From Candidatus Kapaibacterium sp. (GTDB lineage Bacteria; Bacteroidota; Ignavibacteria; Palsa-1295): a stretch of DNA of 64,000 nt. A program made the translations under genes and the position numbers. Position 1 is the stretch's first letter, and every line of letters begins with the position of its first letter. This document shows, in pieces, positions 28,962 through 38,241 of the stretch. The DNA lies in NCBI GenBank assembly GCA_035632315.1, contig DASQGZ010000034.1:12693-76692 (forward strand), given 5' to 3'. The notes beneath the pieces are model-generated. The model saw only the letters and a program-made list of their open reading frames with translations, was not told the DNA's origin and searched no databases.

Positions 28962-29999
28962 TCATACAGTTGGGATGATCTCCGCGATCAAATTCTCTAC
29001 GAGCAGTGAATCGTCAATACTTGTTTTGCGTGTTTGGTATTCTGTGCGAACAAGTGCGCGGATGGCATTGTCGAGCTGCGCTCGTGAATAGCCACGCGCC
29101 GCATTAATGTAATCTTTTACATAGTACGCAGCCCCGCCATAGAGATCGAGCGCTTTGATGATCTCGGCTTCGCTTGCTTTATTCGACACCAATTCTCTGG
29201 CAACGACGATCTGTTCGAAATAACGATTAATACCAAGCATCGTCAGATAGAACGCCTTCTTATCTGCTTCGAACATCTTGATCGCGATCTCGGTCGCAAG
29301 TGCTTTGTTGCGAAGGCCGATCGCCTTGGTAAGATTAAACACATTGTATGTTGGCGAAACACCGACACTCGCCTCGACATCGGCAGTAGTAATCTGGTCA
29401 GCATCACCGACGTATGTAATTATCTTCTCCAACTCGTTCGAGAGTGCACGAAGATCTGTCCCGATAAGCGAGACTAACATTTGTGCGGCGCGCGTATCGA
29501 GATGCTTCGCATATTTTTCGCAGCGCTCGTTTATCCATTCAATGGCATCCCGTTCTTTCAACGCGTCAAATCCGACCGCAGTACTTTTTGCATGCAAGCC
29601 TTTCCACGGATGAGTATTTTTTGCGCCAGGTTTTGACGAATCGAGAATGAGTACCGTCGAGCGGTTTGGGTCGTCGAGATACGCACCGATGGCTTCGTTC
29701 TCTTCCTGCTTGCGTTCGTCGGAACGTGCAGTAAATAATTTCTCGGTGTTACGGCAGATGACCAAACGCGATTCCGCCATTACCGGATATGCCCGTGCGG
29801 ACGACAATACTTCGCCAAGCGTTGCATCAATTCCGTCGAACTCATCAAGATTGAACGACCGAAGAGCTGCATCGGGAAGCAGCAGATCGACGGATTTGCG
29901 GATCAGTTCGTCACGGAGAAATTCTTCTTCGCCATAAAAAAAATAAACGGTATCGGCTTTTCCCGCGCGCCAGGCTTTTTCGATCTGTGATGCTGTCAT
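28962..29999 (-). CDS. holA: DNA polymerase III delta subunit
   Basis: 345 aa; N-terminal VYFFYGEEEFLRDELI; clamp-loader delta architecture. Confidence 0.8.
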   Translation of the reverse strand: MTASQIEKAWRAGKADTVYFFYGEEEFLRDELIRKSVDLLLPDAALRSFNLDEFDGIDATLGEVLSSARAYPVMAESRLVICRNTEKLFTARSDERKQEENEAIGAYLDDPNRSTVLILDSSKPGAKNTHPWKGLHAKSTAVGFDALKERDAIEWINERCEKYAKHLDTRAAQMLVSLIGTDLRALSNELEKIITYVGDADQITTADVEASVGVSPTYNVFNLTKAIGLRNKALATEIAIKMFEADKKAFYLTMLGINRYFEQIVVARELVSNKASEAEIIKALDLYGGAAYYVKDYINAARGYSRAQLDNAIRALVRTEYQTRKTSIDDSLLVENLIAEIIPTV

Positions 30000-30706
30000 C
30001 GAATAATAGTAAGCGAACGGCGAAGAACCGTGTTCCCCGCTTGGAGGATCACCGGATACGACCCCGATTGCAAATTGCGCGTATTGATCTTCACGCTTTT
30101 CCAGCCGACCGAAGGGTGATAATCTTCATAGATGCGCTGGATTTCAACGCCCATCTCATCGTAAATGGAAAGGCGGGCGAGTGAATAGTCCTCGTCGATA
30201 TAAAAAGTAAATGTCGTCTGGTCTCCGGTGGCAAATGAAACCGGATTCGGTATATTCTGTGGAAATTGTATTCCGGCCAAGATATTGCCAGCGCTTGGTC
30301 GAGGTGTCGGCGCATCATTTATGGATGCGGCAGAGATCCCTAAGCCGCCGTTACCAGAAATGATTGCAACACTATTTCCCGGATCGTCTTTTGTAGGACC
30401 GACTATCAGCATCCCGTTAACCTCGACGCGGCCCTGCATGATCGTGAGTGAATTCACTTCTACGCTCTGCCCTTCACCCACAGTAACAGTAGAATTGTCG
30501 CCTACGATAACATCAACATCACGATGATGGCTTTCGCCGGGGAAGACTCCCTCGGGAGGCTGCAGCCAAATACCGTCGTTCTGTATTTCCCAGTTCCGGC
30601 TATCGGTCCAAGGTCCGCTTGCGACCGAGCGAAACTCGCTCTGTGCAATGACAGATGCGGGTACGAGCGCCATAGCGGCTGCAAATATTGCGAGGGGGCG
30701 GTTCAT
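29996..30706 (-). CDS. secreted protein with T9SS C-terminal sorting domain (hypothetical)
   Basis: signal peptide MNRPLAIFAAAMALVPASVIAQ; CTD ...LSIYDEMGVEIQRIYEDYHPSVGWKSVKINTRNLQSGSYPVILQAGNTVLRRSLTIIR; 4-nt overlap with holA. Confidence 0.65.
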   Translation of the reverse strand: MNRPLAIFAAAMALVPASVIAQSEFRSVASGPWTDSRNWEIQNDGIWLQPPEGVFPGESHHRDVDVIVGDNSTVTVGEGQSVEVNSLTIMQGRVEVNGMLIVGPTKDDPGNSVAIISGNGGLGISAASINDAPTPRPSAGNILAGIQFPQNIPNPVSFATGDQTTFTFYIDEDYSLARLSIYDEMGVEIQRIYEDYHPSVGWKSVKINTRNLQSGSYPVILQAGNTVLRRSLTIIR

Positions 30707-30854
30707 ATCAGTAACTTATTACGAACAAACTTATAGCCCTCAAGGAGAGTTTCCTGCGCCAGATGCCCCCAGAATGAATTCATTTTAACTGAAACGTTAT
30801 TAAACATATAGGCCATTTTTGCGTCTATATCTACAAAGAAAGAAGGTTAGTAAA

Positions 30855-31286
30855 ATGACAAAGATGGATACGTTTCGAAAAATATGCGCAACGACTATCG
30901 CAGTAGCAATGACGAGTGCAGCGCTAGCGCAGCCGCCCACACGATGGAAGGATTTGACAGCCGACCAAAAGGTAGATCGCCGTGTTGAAATGATGAAAAA
31001 GCGCCTTGCAATATCAGATGCGCAAGCAGTTCAGATCTCGAACGTCTTACATCAAGAGCAGAAAACTCTTGCAACCGATCGCGAGCAAGTGAAGTCCGCG
31101 CCGGCTGAACAAAAAATGCTTGCGCGTACGAATCTGCAAAAAGACCGGCTCGCCGGCAAAGAGAAAGTGCTGACGGCACTCACCCCGGACCAGCTCGCTA
31201 AAGCGGAAGAAATACGGAAGCGTCATGTACAAAAAATGCGAGAGTACAGGATGTTTATGCACCATGAACGCTTCGACCAACGATAA
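30855..31286 (+). CDS. periplasmic LTXXQ-motif (Spy/CpxP-like) protein
   Basis: signal peptide MTKMDTFRKICATTIAVAMTSAALAQ; LTADQ and LTPDQ motifs; basic, helical. Confidence 0.55.
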   Translation: MTKMDTFRKICATTIAVAMTSAALAQPPTRWKDLTADQKVDRRVEMMKKRLAISDAQAVQISNVLHQEQKTLATDREQVKSAPAEQKMLARTNLQKDRLAGKEKVLTALTPDQLAKAEEIRKRHVQKMREYRMFMHHERFDQR

Positions 31287-31310
31287 GTTGACAACTCATT
31301 CCACACAATG

Positions 31311-31352
31311 CAAAACGCCTTCTCCTATAGTAGCGAGAGGGCGTTTTGTTAT
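31311..31352. terminator. bidirectional hairpin terminator between convergent genes
   Basis: caAAACGCCtTCTCctatagtagcGAGAgGGCGTTTtgtt. Confidence 0.55.
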
Positions 31353-31996
31353 GCAAAGAGTTGCTCTTGCAAAGACTTCAGTTTAAAACTTCGGCGGTGG
31401 ACATCACAAAAACCGAATTTTGCGATCGCATCGCGATGCTCCTTCGTCCCATAGCCTTTATTTCGAAAGAAATTATATTGGGGATATTCGGCGTGCAGTT
31501 CGCGCATAATTCGGTCGCGTGTGACCTTCGCAATGATCGAAGCAGCGGCAATGCTCGGAGATAAGGCATCACCGTCAACGATCGTCATAAACGCGTACCT
31601 GAGCGTTGTCCGAAAATAATTACCGTCAACCAGCAGCATTTGGGGAGTAAGTGTTCCCTCCAACTGTGCAACGGCATCCGTCATCGCCAGCATCGTAGCC
31701 GTGAGAATATTAATCTTGTCTATCTCTTGCGGCGAACGAATGCCAATGCCGATCCCCAGAGCATTTTCGTGAATGATCTCAAAGAGGCGTTCGCGTTCCC
31801 CCTCAGATAATTGCTTCGAATCATTAAGCCCGTAGCAATCTCGTGGAAGGCCGGATTCGATAGGAAGCAATACCGCCGCAGCCACGACCGGCCCGGCAAG
31901 CGGGCCACGGCCTGCTTCGTCAATGCCGGCGACCAAACGGCAGCCCTCGGCAAGAAATTGCCTTTCGTATTTCCACGAGATACGTCTTCGATTCAC
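31349..31996 (-). CDS. rnhB: ribonuclease HII
   Basis: VAGIDEAGRGPLAGPVVAAAVLLP...DSKQLS... Confidence 0.85.
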   Translation of the reverse strand: MNRRRISWKYERQFLAEGCRLVAGIDEAGRGPLAGPVVAAAVLLPIESGLPRDCYGLNDSKQLSEGERERLFEIIHENALGIGIGIRSPQEIDKINILTATMLAMTDAVAQLEGTLTPQMLLVDGNYFRTTLRYAFMTIVDGDALSPSIAAASIIAKVTRDRIMRELHAEYPQYNFFRNKGYGTKEHRDAIAKFGFCDVHRRSFKLKSLQEQLFA

Positions 31997-32038
31997 GATG
32001 CAAAATTACGAAGCAGAGGAATTGCGAACCCGGAAAGA

Positions 32039-33574
32039 TCAAAGTGCAGTTTTTATTCCAAAATGCAGCACTGCTGCATCGAGCGGAACACCACGGGCGA
32101 GCGCGACTGCTGCTTGCAAATATCCGATCTGTGTTTCGAACAGAAAACTGATACCATATCCGACCGCAGACCATTTATGAAATGGGACCGAGAGATATTC
32201 TGCCTGCTCAAGATAACCAATGTCGGTAAATATGCCCATATAAGATCGCGTCGAAAACATAAACCGAGGTTCGATCCGTGCAATGGCGTAACGGGAAACG
32301 TAAAAGCTGGCATCGCGGTATCCCCGAAGCGACAAGAGCCCGCCAATGCGAAACAGATCCGATAATTCAAGAGCTTTCGAATCTACCTCCCGTGCCGATA
32401 GTGCAAGAAATCCTACAAGCCGAGGCGCGACCGCAACGGCAGTTTCAGCATCCGCAATAAATGTCCGAATACCAACTGTCGTATTATAGCCCAGTGAATC
32501 GGTGATGGATTTCGCCCCGTATCTTGCTCCGAGCGAAATTTTATAACCATCTGTAGGTGCAATGGGGTTATCTCGCTCATCGAAAGAAAATAACAATTCG
32601 CCGCTCAGCGTATGAGATGCATCGACACTATGAGATATTCCGGGAGTCACATAGTCATACGCACCGTTTGCCGAGATCGTCACTGAAGAAAGCGAGTGAA
32701 TCGCAAATGATAATTCCAAATGGGTCGAGACGTAGAGGCTATCTTCATCATGCCGAGTTACCGAAATTGCGCCATCGATAGGAAGGGCAAATAACCAGGG
32801 TTCAATATACCTGAATGAAAGATCAGAAGTAACTGCAGTCAACCGTTGGTACCGAAATGCCGCTTGTCTGGCTGTTCCTCCAATATTCAAAAAAGCAAGA
32901 TCGAGAAATCCGTTGATGTAGGAGCCGGTCCCGCCAATCGGTGACGGATTATACCCGAGCACACCGTCGATCGAAGTAGTGCGTACTTCCTGAACAGATA
33001 GTGAAACACCGACCGATGAATCATTTATTTTATAGAGTGTCGGCTCGGATACATTTGCAAATAATCCCGATTGGCGCAATCGTCCGGCGGCAGCAACGAG
33101 CAAATCGTTAGTTGCAATAGGGTGAGCGGGAATAAAAAACTCTCTGCGAATGACATCGGTATCGGTTTGTGATATTCCTTCTACCCGGCACGAGGTAAGT
33201 TTGGCAAACATGCCTTCACTGATACGAAGACGAACAGCAATATGCCCGCTATCGAGCGGCTGCAAACGCTCGATTGTCCCAGTCGCAAATGCAAAGCCGA
33301 GGTCGGTGTATTTGCTGATGAGTGATTCGATGTCATTGGCGAGCAGCACTTCATTTAACGTATCACCGACTTTTGTCTTAAAATTACTGAGAATAACTTC
33401 GCCCGCGATATGCTCCGAGCCAATGACGTCAAGTCGTGAAATGATGTAGTGGTGCGAAAGCTGCGCAAAACCTGAGGAACAGCAAAACGCTGTAAAAATA
33501 AGAGGCAGGAGTCGTATGATCTGACGATTCTTCACAGAGCCGAGAACGACCATCGGCAAAACCGGATTCCGCAA
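32039..33574 (-). CDS. Omp85-family outer-membrane protein (POTRA plus bacterial surface-antigen beta-barrel; BamA/TamA-like)
   Basis: 511 aa; signal peptide; N-terminal POTRA-like (ISRLDVIGSEHIAGEVILSNFKTKVGDTLN); C-terminal barrel ending ...FGIKTAL. Confidence 0.6.
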   Translation of the reverse strand: MRNPVLPMVVLGSVKNRQIIRLLPLIFTAFCCSSGFAQLSHHYIISRLDVIGSEHIAGEVILSNFKTKVGDTLNEVLLANDIESLISKYTDLGFAFATGTIERLQPLDSGHIAVRLRISEGMFAKLTSCRVEGISQTDTDVIRREFFIPAHPIATNDLLVAAAGRLRQSGLFANVSEPTLYKINDSSVGVSLSVQEVRTTSIDGVLGYNPSPIGGTGSYINGFLDLAFLNIGGTARQAAFRYQRLTAVTSDLSFRYIEPWLFALPIDGAISVTRHDEDSLYVSTHLELSFAIHSLSSVTISANGAYDYVTPGISHSVDASHTLSGELLFSFDERDNPIAPTDGYKISLGARYGAKSITDSLGYNTTVGIRTFIADAETAVAVAPRLVGFLALSAREVDSKALELSDLFRIGGLLSLRGYRDASFYVSRYAIARIEPRFMFSTRSYMGIFTDIGYLEQAEYLSVPFHKWSAVGYGISFLFETQIGYLQAAVALARGVPLDAAVLHFGIKTAL

Positions 33575-33587
33575 GAATCTATACCGC

Positions 33588-34088
33588 CTACTGCCACTTC
33601 ATTTTTTGCATTGACTTTGGCTTATCAAGCACTTCTTTTGCAATAATAAATTGACGGTATGTTGATGAGGTTAGATTAGGCAATAACCTGATCTTCGCTG
33701 CGACCGGCACATCGTATGCGGCACGTTCCTCGGTGGTTTCTTTGTAGCCCGCGCTTGTCACGCCGGCGTCGTTGATTATGTTAGCGGCAGCGTCCGGCTT
33801 TGAAGCGGGAGCATCATCATACGAAGCTGATGCATACGCTGATTCAAAATTTGTATCGTCACGTGTCGTTCTTGCCGGCACGTTTTGCTTGATTTTATTT
33901 GCTGAAGATTCACTGTAGACTCGGACATTCTCGTTTATCTCGGCAAGACGCTTCTTACGAGTTTGGTCGGCAAGCGATTTTAAAAGCTCGTCTTTTTGGT
34001 TTGGCTTGTTCTTTTTCTTCGCCGCATTCGCAAATGCGCGAAGTATAAAAAAAATGAACGCGAGAATATATATCCAATTTCCTTTCAT
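33588..34088 (-). CDS. membrane-anchored hypothetical protein
   Basis: N-terminal TM (WIYILAFIFFILRAF) followed by Lys-rich and Ala/Ser-rich low-complexity. Confidence 0.4.
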   Translation of the reverse strand: MKGNWIYILAFIFFILRAFANAAKKKNKPNQKDELLKSLADQTRKKRLAEINENVRVYSESSANKIKQNVPARTTRDDTNFESAYASASYDDAPASKPDAAANIINDAGVTSAGYKETTEERAAYDVPVAAKIRLLPNLTSSTYRQFIIAKEVLDKPKSMQKMKWQ

Positions 34089-35326
34089 ACTGCTCCCGAT
34101 ACGATAGTCCCCGATTTGACGACTGCTACAACATCGCTGACACCAATATGGTACGGTAAATATGCAAGCGATGGAATGTCATACAGAACAAAGTCTGCCA
34201 TTTTCCCGATCTCGACCGAACCATGTGTAGCTGTCCTGTCTAGTGCCGCCGCCCCGTTGATGGTTGCGGCTGTGAGCGCTTCTTCAGGAGTCATCCCCAT
34301 CCCGATAACGGCAAGTGAAACCGCAAGCTGCATATTCTCGCTCATCGAGGAGCCAGGGTTGCAGTCGGTCGCAATTGAGACGGCACAGCCTGCGTCAATC
34401 ATTTTCCGAGCCGGTGCGTACGGGGATCGGATGCACATCGCAGTAATGGGTAACAACGTCGCAATCGTCCGATCCGACCGCGCCAGGGCTGCGATCCCTT
34501 CACTACTAATCTTCAACAAATGGTCGGCGCTGAAACTGCCGAGTTTCGCTGCAAGTTCGGCACCACCGGTATTTGCAAGTTCATCGGCGTGGAGTTTGAT
34601 TTTTAATCCTGCTCGCTTTGCCGCATTACAAATTTGTTCGGTCTCGTCGTTCGTAAAATATCCCTCGTCGCAAAAAACATCTGCGAACTCTGCAGCATTT
34701 GTTTTGATGACTGCCGGAAGTTGTTCATAAATCAATTCTTCGACATAATCAGCGTGAGTTCGTTCTTTCGGGATAGCATGCGCACCGAGCCACGTACGAA
34801 CGATCGTTACAGGAGTCCGGCCGCCGACGAGCTTCGCGGCTTCAAGTAGCTTCAGCTCTGCATCTACGGACAACCCATACCCGGACTTTACTTCCATCGA
34901 TGTTGTGCCAAGCGTTAGCGCGTTTCGAACTAACCGTTCCGAATGATCGGCGATCTGGTTTGCGCTCGCTGAACGCACAGGATCCACACTCGCTCGGATG
35001 CCGCCGCCCGCAGCAGCTACTTCCTGGTAACTTTTTCCCGAAGCGCGCATACAGAACTCATCACTCCGATCCCCCATAAAAACGGCATGAGTATGTGAAT
35101 CAACAAAACCGGGAAGAGCAAGGAGACCCCGGCAATCAACAACGGTCGAATCGGAAGGGAGTTGTTTCGTGACTTCATCTTCAGAGCCAACACCTATGAT
35201 CCTGCCGCCTTCATCACAAAGAATTGCAGCACGATCAATTCGAAAAATATCGTTCATTGCCTTGCCTCTTCGGGCGAAAGCTCCGGTGGGCGTGATCAGT
35301 TGTCCGATATTACGATAACACTTCAT
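34085..35326 (-). CDS. hutI: imidazolonepropionase (amidohydrolase)
   Basis: GFVDSHTHAVF...ATDCNPGSS..., HutI signature; no other hut genes adjacent. Confidence 0.8.
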   Translation of the reverse strand: MKCYRNIGQLITPTGAFARRGKAMNDIFRIDRAAILCDEGGRIIGVGSEDEVTKQLPSDSTVVDCRGLLALPGFVDSHTHAVFMGDRSDEFCMRASGKSYQEVAAAGGGIRASVDPVRSASANQIADHSERLVRNALTLGTTSMEVKSGYGLSVDAELKLLEAAKLVGGRTPVTIVRTWLGAHAIPKERTHADYVEELIYEQLPAVIKTNAAEFADVFCDEGYFTNDETEQICNAAKRAGLKIKLHADELANTGGAELAAKLGSFSADHLLKISSEGIAALARSDRTIATLLPITAMCIRSPYAPARKMIDAGCAVSIATDCNPGSSMSENMQLAVSLAVIGMGMTPEEALTAATINGAAALDRTATHGSVEIGKMADFVLYDIPSLAYLPYHIGVSDVVAVVKSGTIVSGAV

Positions 35327-35481
35327 TCGTCAAAATTACGAAGAATCAGAAATTGATCTCAGGGAATGAAGTTTTAAAATGTGAGGCCTGATCAAGCAAA
35401 CAGAATAACTCCTGCACCCGCGTCAAGGAGTGCAGGAGCCATTCTCAGGTTCCATTATGCGGTGAGAAACATATTGAAGTT

Positions 35482-35676
35482 CTAAACCGCGTCTGCGTGA
35501 GACTCACTTTCAAACATCACCGCCTCAGCCTCTTCGAGGTAATCATCGGCAAGACGTTTGAGCAGTTGGAGTTCGTTTAAGGTGAGCCCGACAAATATCG
35601 GTTCACTTTCGCTTTGGACGCGCGCATCGTGAAGCTTGCGGCTTAGCGCCAGGAGTCGGTCAAGAGTAGCTATCAT
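35482..35676 (-). CDS. small hypothetical protein (64 aa)
   Basis: ORF only; helical, acidic. Confidence 0.25.
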   Translation of the reverse strand: MIATLDRLLALSRKLHDARVQSESEPIFVGLTLNELQLLKRLADDYLEEAEAVMFESESHADAV

Positions 35677-35731
35677 AAGTCAGTGTTGAGGGGTTGGTAC
35701 ACTAAATTCTACGTCCCGTACTGCCTATTAT

Positions 35732-35755
35732 CGTGCTCCGATAAATGGGAGCACG
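35732..35755. promoter_or_regulatory. perfect 8-bp inverted repeat CGTGCTCC-N8-GGAGCACG (candidate operator)
   Basis: seen directly; related TGCTCCCG motifs recur at about 35848 and 35907. Confidence 0.25.
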
Positions 35756-35847
35756 GAACGTTGCTATACAAATATGCAACATTTTTTCTCAAAATCCAAA
35801 TTATTTTGCAAAAAAAATTAAAAAAAGTATAAAATGTTGAAAATTAA

Positions 35848-37053
35848 CTACCGTGCTCCCGTATTTTGGAGCATAATTGACACTTTTGATGCTTCCGATA
35901 GCGAGTTATCATGCTCCCGATGAGTTATCCCCGTGATCTGGACAAGATCGTAGCGCTCGGTATCCGTAAAGGCTTTATTATTTTCTGATTTTGACCGTTT
36001 GTTCAGGACATACTCGCCGCGACCGCTTTCGCCGCACGCCATCGCACGAACCCTGCCTTTTTCGTCGAACCGCTCACTAACAATTCGGAAAAGTCCGCTC
36101 TCAGTCGAAAGACCATCTGACAAACGCTTACCGGATCTGTTAAACGTCATATATGTACTTTTGAGCGAGAGGCGAAGTGTACTGGCAGCGTCATCAATAA
36201 GTTTGACAAACTCCGGCCGCTGCCATTTGTATTCCGAATGACACCAATTATCAATGGATGTAAGTGCCGGACAATTCGATTGACGAGTACATGGCGCAAA
36301 AATAGTGAACCCGTCTTTCACCACAGCATCACGAAAGCCGAGTAGTCGGCGTGATCGCTCTCGCGCTGCCGGTTCGGTGATAATGATAAAGCCGGTATCG
36401 GTGAGAATACTTTTGAATAAATTGAGTAATCGTGTCTCTGCTTCGCTTGAGAGTTCATTCAATGTATTTGTCATAAACACAAGATCGAACTTCTTGCTAT
36501 CAAATTGCACACTGTCTGCTAATTCGAGATCGACCATCTTTGTCTCGAGTGTTGACCGATCATTGCGAAGTTTTTTCGAAAAGGATGAGTAAAACCGTTG
36601 GACAAATTTCAGATTTTCTGCAATGTTATCTCCCGCAATTATTTCTATATTTGGAGGAGATGACAATTCGTACTGGCAATATTGTAATAGTCCCCATAAT
36701 GAAGCCCCCGTGCCCGTGCCGAGATCTAGAACACGCAATGAATCTGTTTTAAAAAAATTCGAAATTGCCAGCTCACGAAGCTGGGGAAGGATTTTCAGGG
36801 TATTCGTACTTGTATAATAGAGCTGGTATGCTTCACGAAATGCAGGGTTTGCAAGATATTTCTCTGATAAAAAGTCTTCTCGACCGGTTGTTAGGCCCAT
36901 ACTAAGCGTCCGGACGGCTTCGGCAATACCCTCGATGCGTTTTCGAATGATACTTCGTTTGATCGAATCCGGGTCAAGGCTGATGCCGAGAACCTCTTCG
37001 AGCGTTCCGATGTATTCAGGTGCAAGCGCAAGATTTTTCCGTTTGATGGACAT
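35848..37053 (-). CDS. class I SAM-dependent methyltransferase (Rsm22-like, COG5459)
   Basis: VLDLGTGTGASLWGL (motif I); DLVFMTNTLNELS; Cys cluster near C-terminus. Confidence 0.55.
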   Translation of the reverse strand: MSIKRKNLALAPEYIGTLEEVLGISLDPDSIKRSIIRKRIEGIAEAVRTLSMGLTTGREDFLSEKYLANPAFREAYQLYYTSTNTLKILPQLRELAISNFFKTDSLRVLDLGTGTGASLWGLLQYCQYELSSPPNIEIIAGDNIAENLKFVQRFYSSFSKKLRNDRSTLETKMVDLELADSVQFDSKKFDLVFMTNTLNELSSEAETRLLNLFKSILTDTGFIIITEPAARERSRRLLGFRDAVVKDGFTIFAPCTRQSNCPALTSIDNWCHSEYKWQRPEFVKLIDDAASTLRLSLKSTYMTFNRSGKRLSDGLSTESGLFRIVSERFDEKGRVRAMACGESGRGEYVLNKRSKSENNKAFTDTERYDLVQITGITHREHDNSLSEASKVSIMLQNTGAR

Positions 37054-37804
37054 CGACTCTCAATACGCTTCACAACCGCAAACGACACCAGTTCGCTCCA
37101 GCTGGCGAAAGGCACTCTCCATTCTTTGGAAACTTTGCCTCGCTGCTATCTTCATTCCGGTTCTGCAAGTGCTGATTTTGAAATTTATTAATCCGCCGGT
37201 TTCGACGATGATGGTCTATCAGAGCATTGAACATTTATTTACCGGTGAGAGTATGGCGTTCACACATACGAATCTGTCGTGGAATGAGATACCCGATTCA
37301 TTCGTGCAGGCAGTGATCGCCGGCGAAGACCAGAAATTCTTCGACCACAACGGCTTCGATTGGGATGAGATCGAAAGCGCCAAGCGCGAACACGCGCGGC
37401 ATCCGAACCGACCGATGCGCGGAGCAAGCACGCTTTCTCAGCAAACCGCAAAAAATTTATTCTTGCCACCGTGGCATTCGTTCATACGAAAAGGAGTGGA
37501 AGCGTATTATACTGTTCTTATTGAATTTTTCTGGAGCAAGCAGCGCATATTACAAACGTATGCGAACATTGCCCAACTCGGGCCGAACGAATACGGCGTT
37601 GAAGAAGGTGCCGTCTATCATTTTCACAAACATGCCTGGGAGCTTACTGCATCTGAAGCTGCCCGACTTGCTGCGACACTCCCGAACCCCGATCGTTGGA
37701 GCGCATCGAAACCATCCCCATATATTGTCAGACGATCCGCACGTATCCTTCGTCAAATGAGGGGATTACCGGGTTCTGACGAAGATGATGGCGATCCTGA
37801 TTGA
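37046..37804 (+). CDS. mtgA: monofunctional biosynthetic peptidoglycan transglycosylase (GT51)
   Basis: TM helix then INPPVSTMM...AVIAGEDQKFFDHNGFDWDEI...RGASTLSQQTAKNLFL; start placed at ATG 37046. Confidence 0.75.
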   Translation: MDIDSQYASQPQTTPVRSSWRKALSILWKLCLAAIFIPVLQVLILKFINPPVSTMMVYQSIEHLFTGESMAFTHTNLSWNEIPDSFVQAVIAGEDQKFFDHNGFDWDEIESAKREHARHPNRPMRGASTLSQQTAKNLFLPPWHSFIRKGVEAYYTVLIEFFWSKQRILQTYANIAQLGPNEYGVEEGAVYHFHKHAWELTASEAARLAATLPNPDRWSASKPSPYIVRRSARILRQMRGLPGSDEDDGDPD

Positions 37805-37863
37805 TAGAACTGCATTTAACAATAATTTTATATGGTTTGACTCGACTTATCCACTACTTATAC

Positions 37864-37888
37864 GGCTTTTGGAAAGCCTCATTTTGGA
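37864..37888 (+). terminator. rho-independent terminator of mtgA
   Basis: GGCTTTtggAAAGCCtcattttgg. Confidence 0.5.
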
Positions 37889-38241
37889 TTTCACCGATAA
37901 GCCGAGCGAGGAGTATGTGTATGTGGAAACCTGTGAAAACATCAAAAGTCGAATGATCTCGTGAATAACCCTCCACCGCTCCACAACTTGCTCACAAGGG
38001 AATTTCTCAGTATTGAGTAATCCACAAAGTTGTCCACTTTACTGTTAGTAAATATCAACAAGCCGCCGGAAGCCTATTTTATCGGATTGTTACCTGTGGA
38101 AAAACTCCGAAGTGCTGATTTGGCAATGATTCCGTAATGCCTTATTATTAAGACCCTTACAAAACGGTTGTTCTACGGACTCTTCCATTTTGAAATGCCC
38201 ATCAACACTGGCTCTGAGAAGTACGAAAAAACTATCTGTAC

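Noticed and set aside
36935-37045. Long N-terminal extension of mtgA (ORF starting at 36935)
   Set aside because: It would overlap 119 nt of the divergent methyltransferase gene. The ATG at 37046 immediately precedes the expected TM helix.
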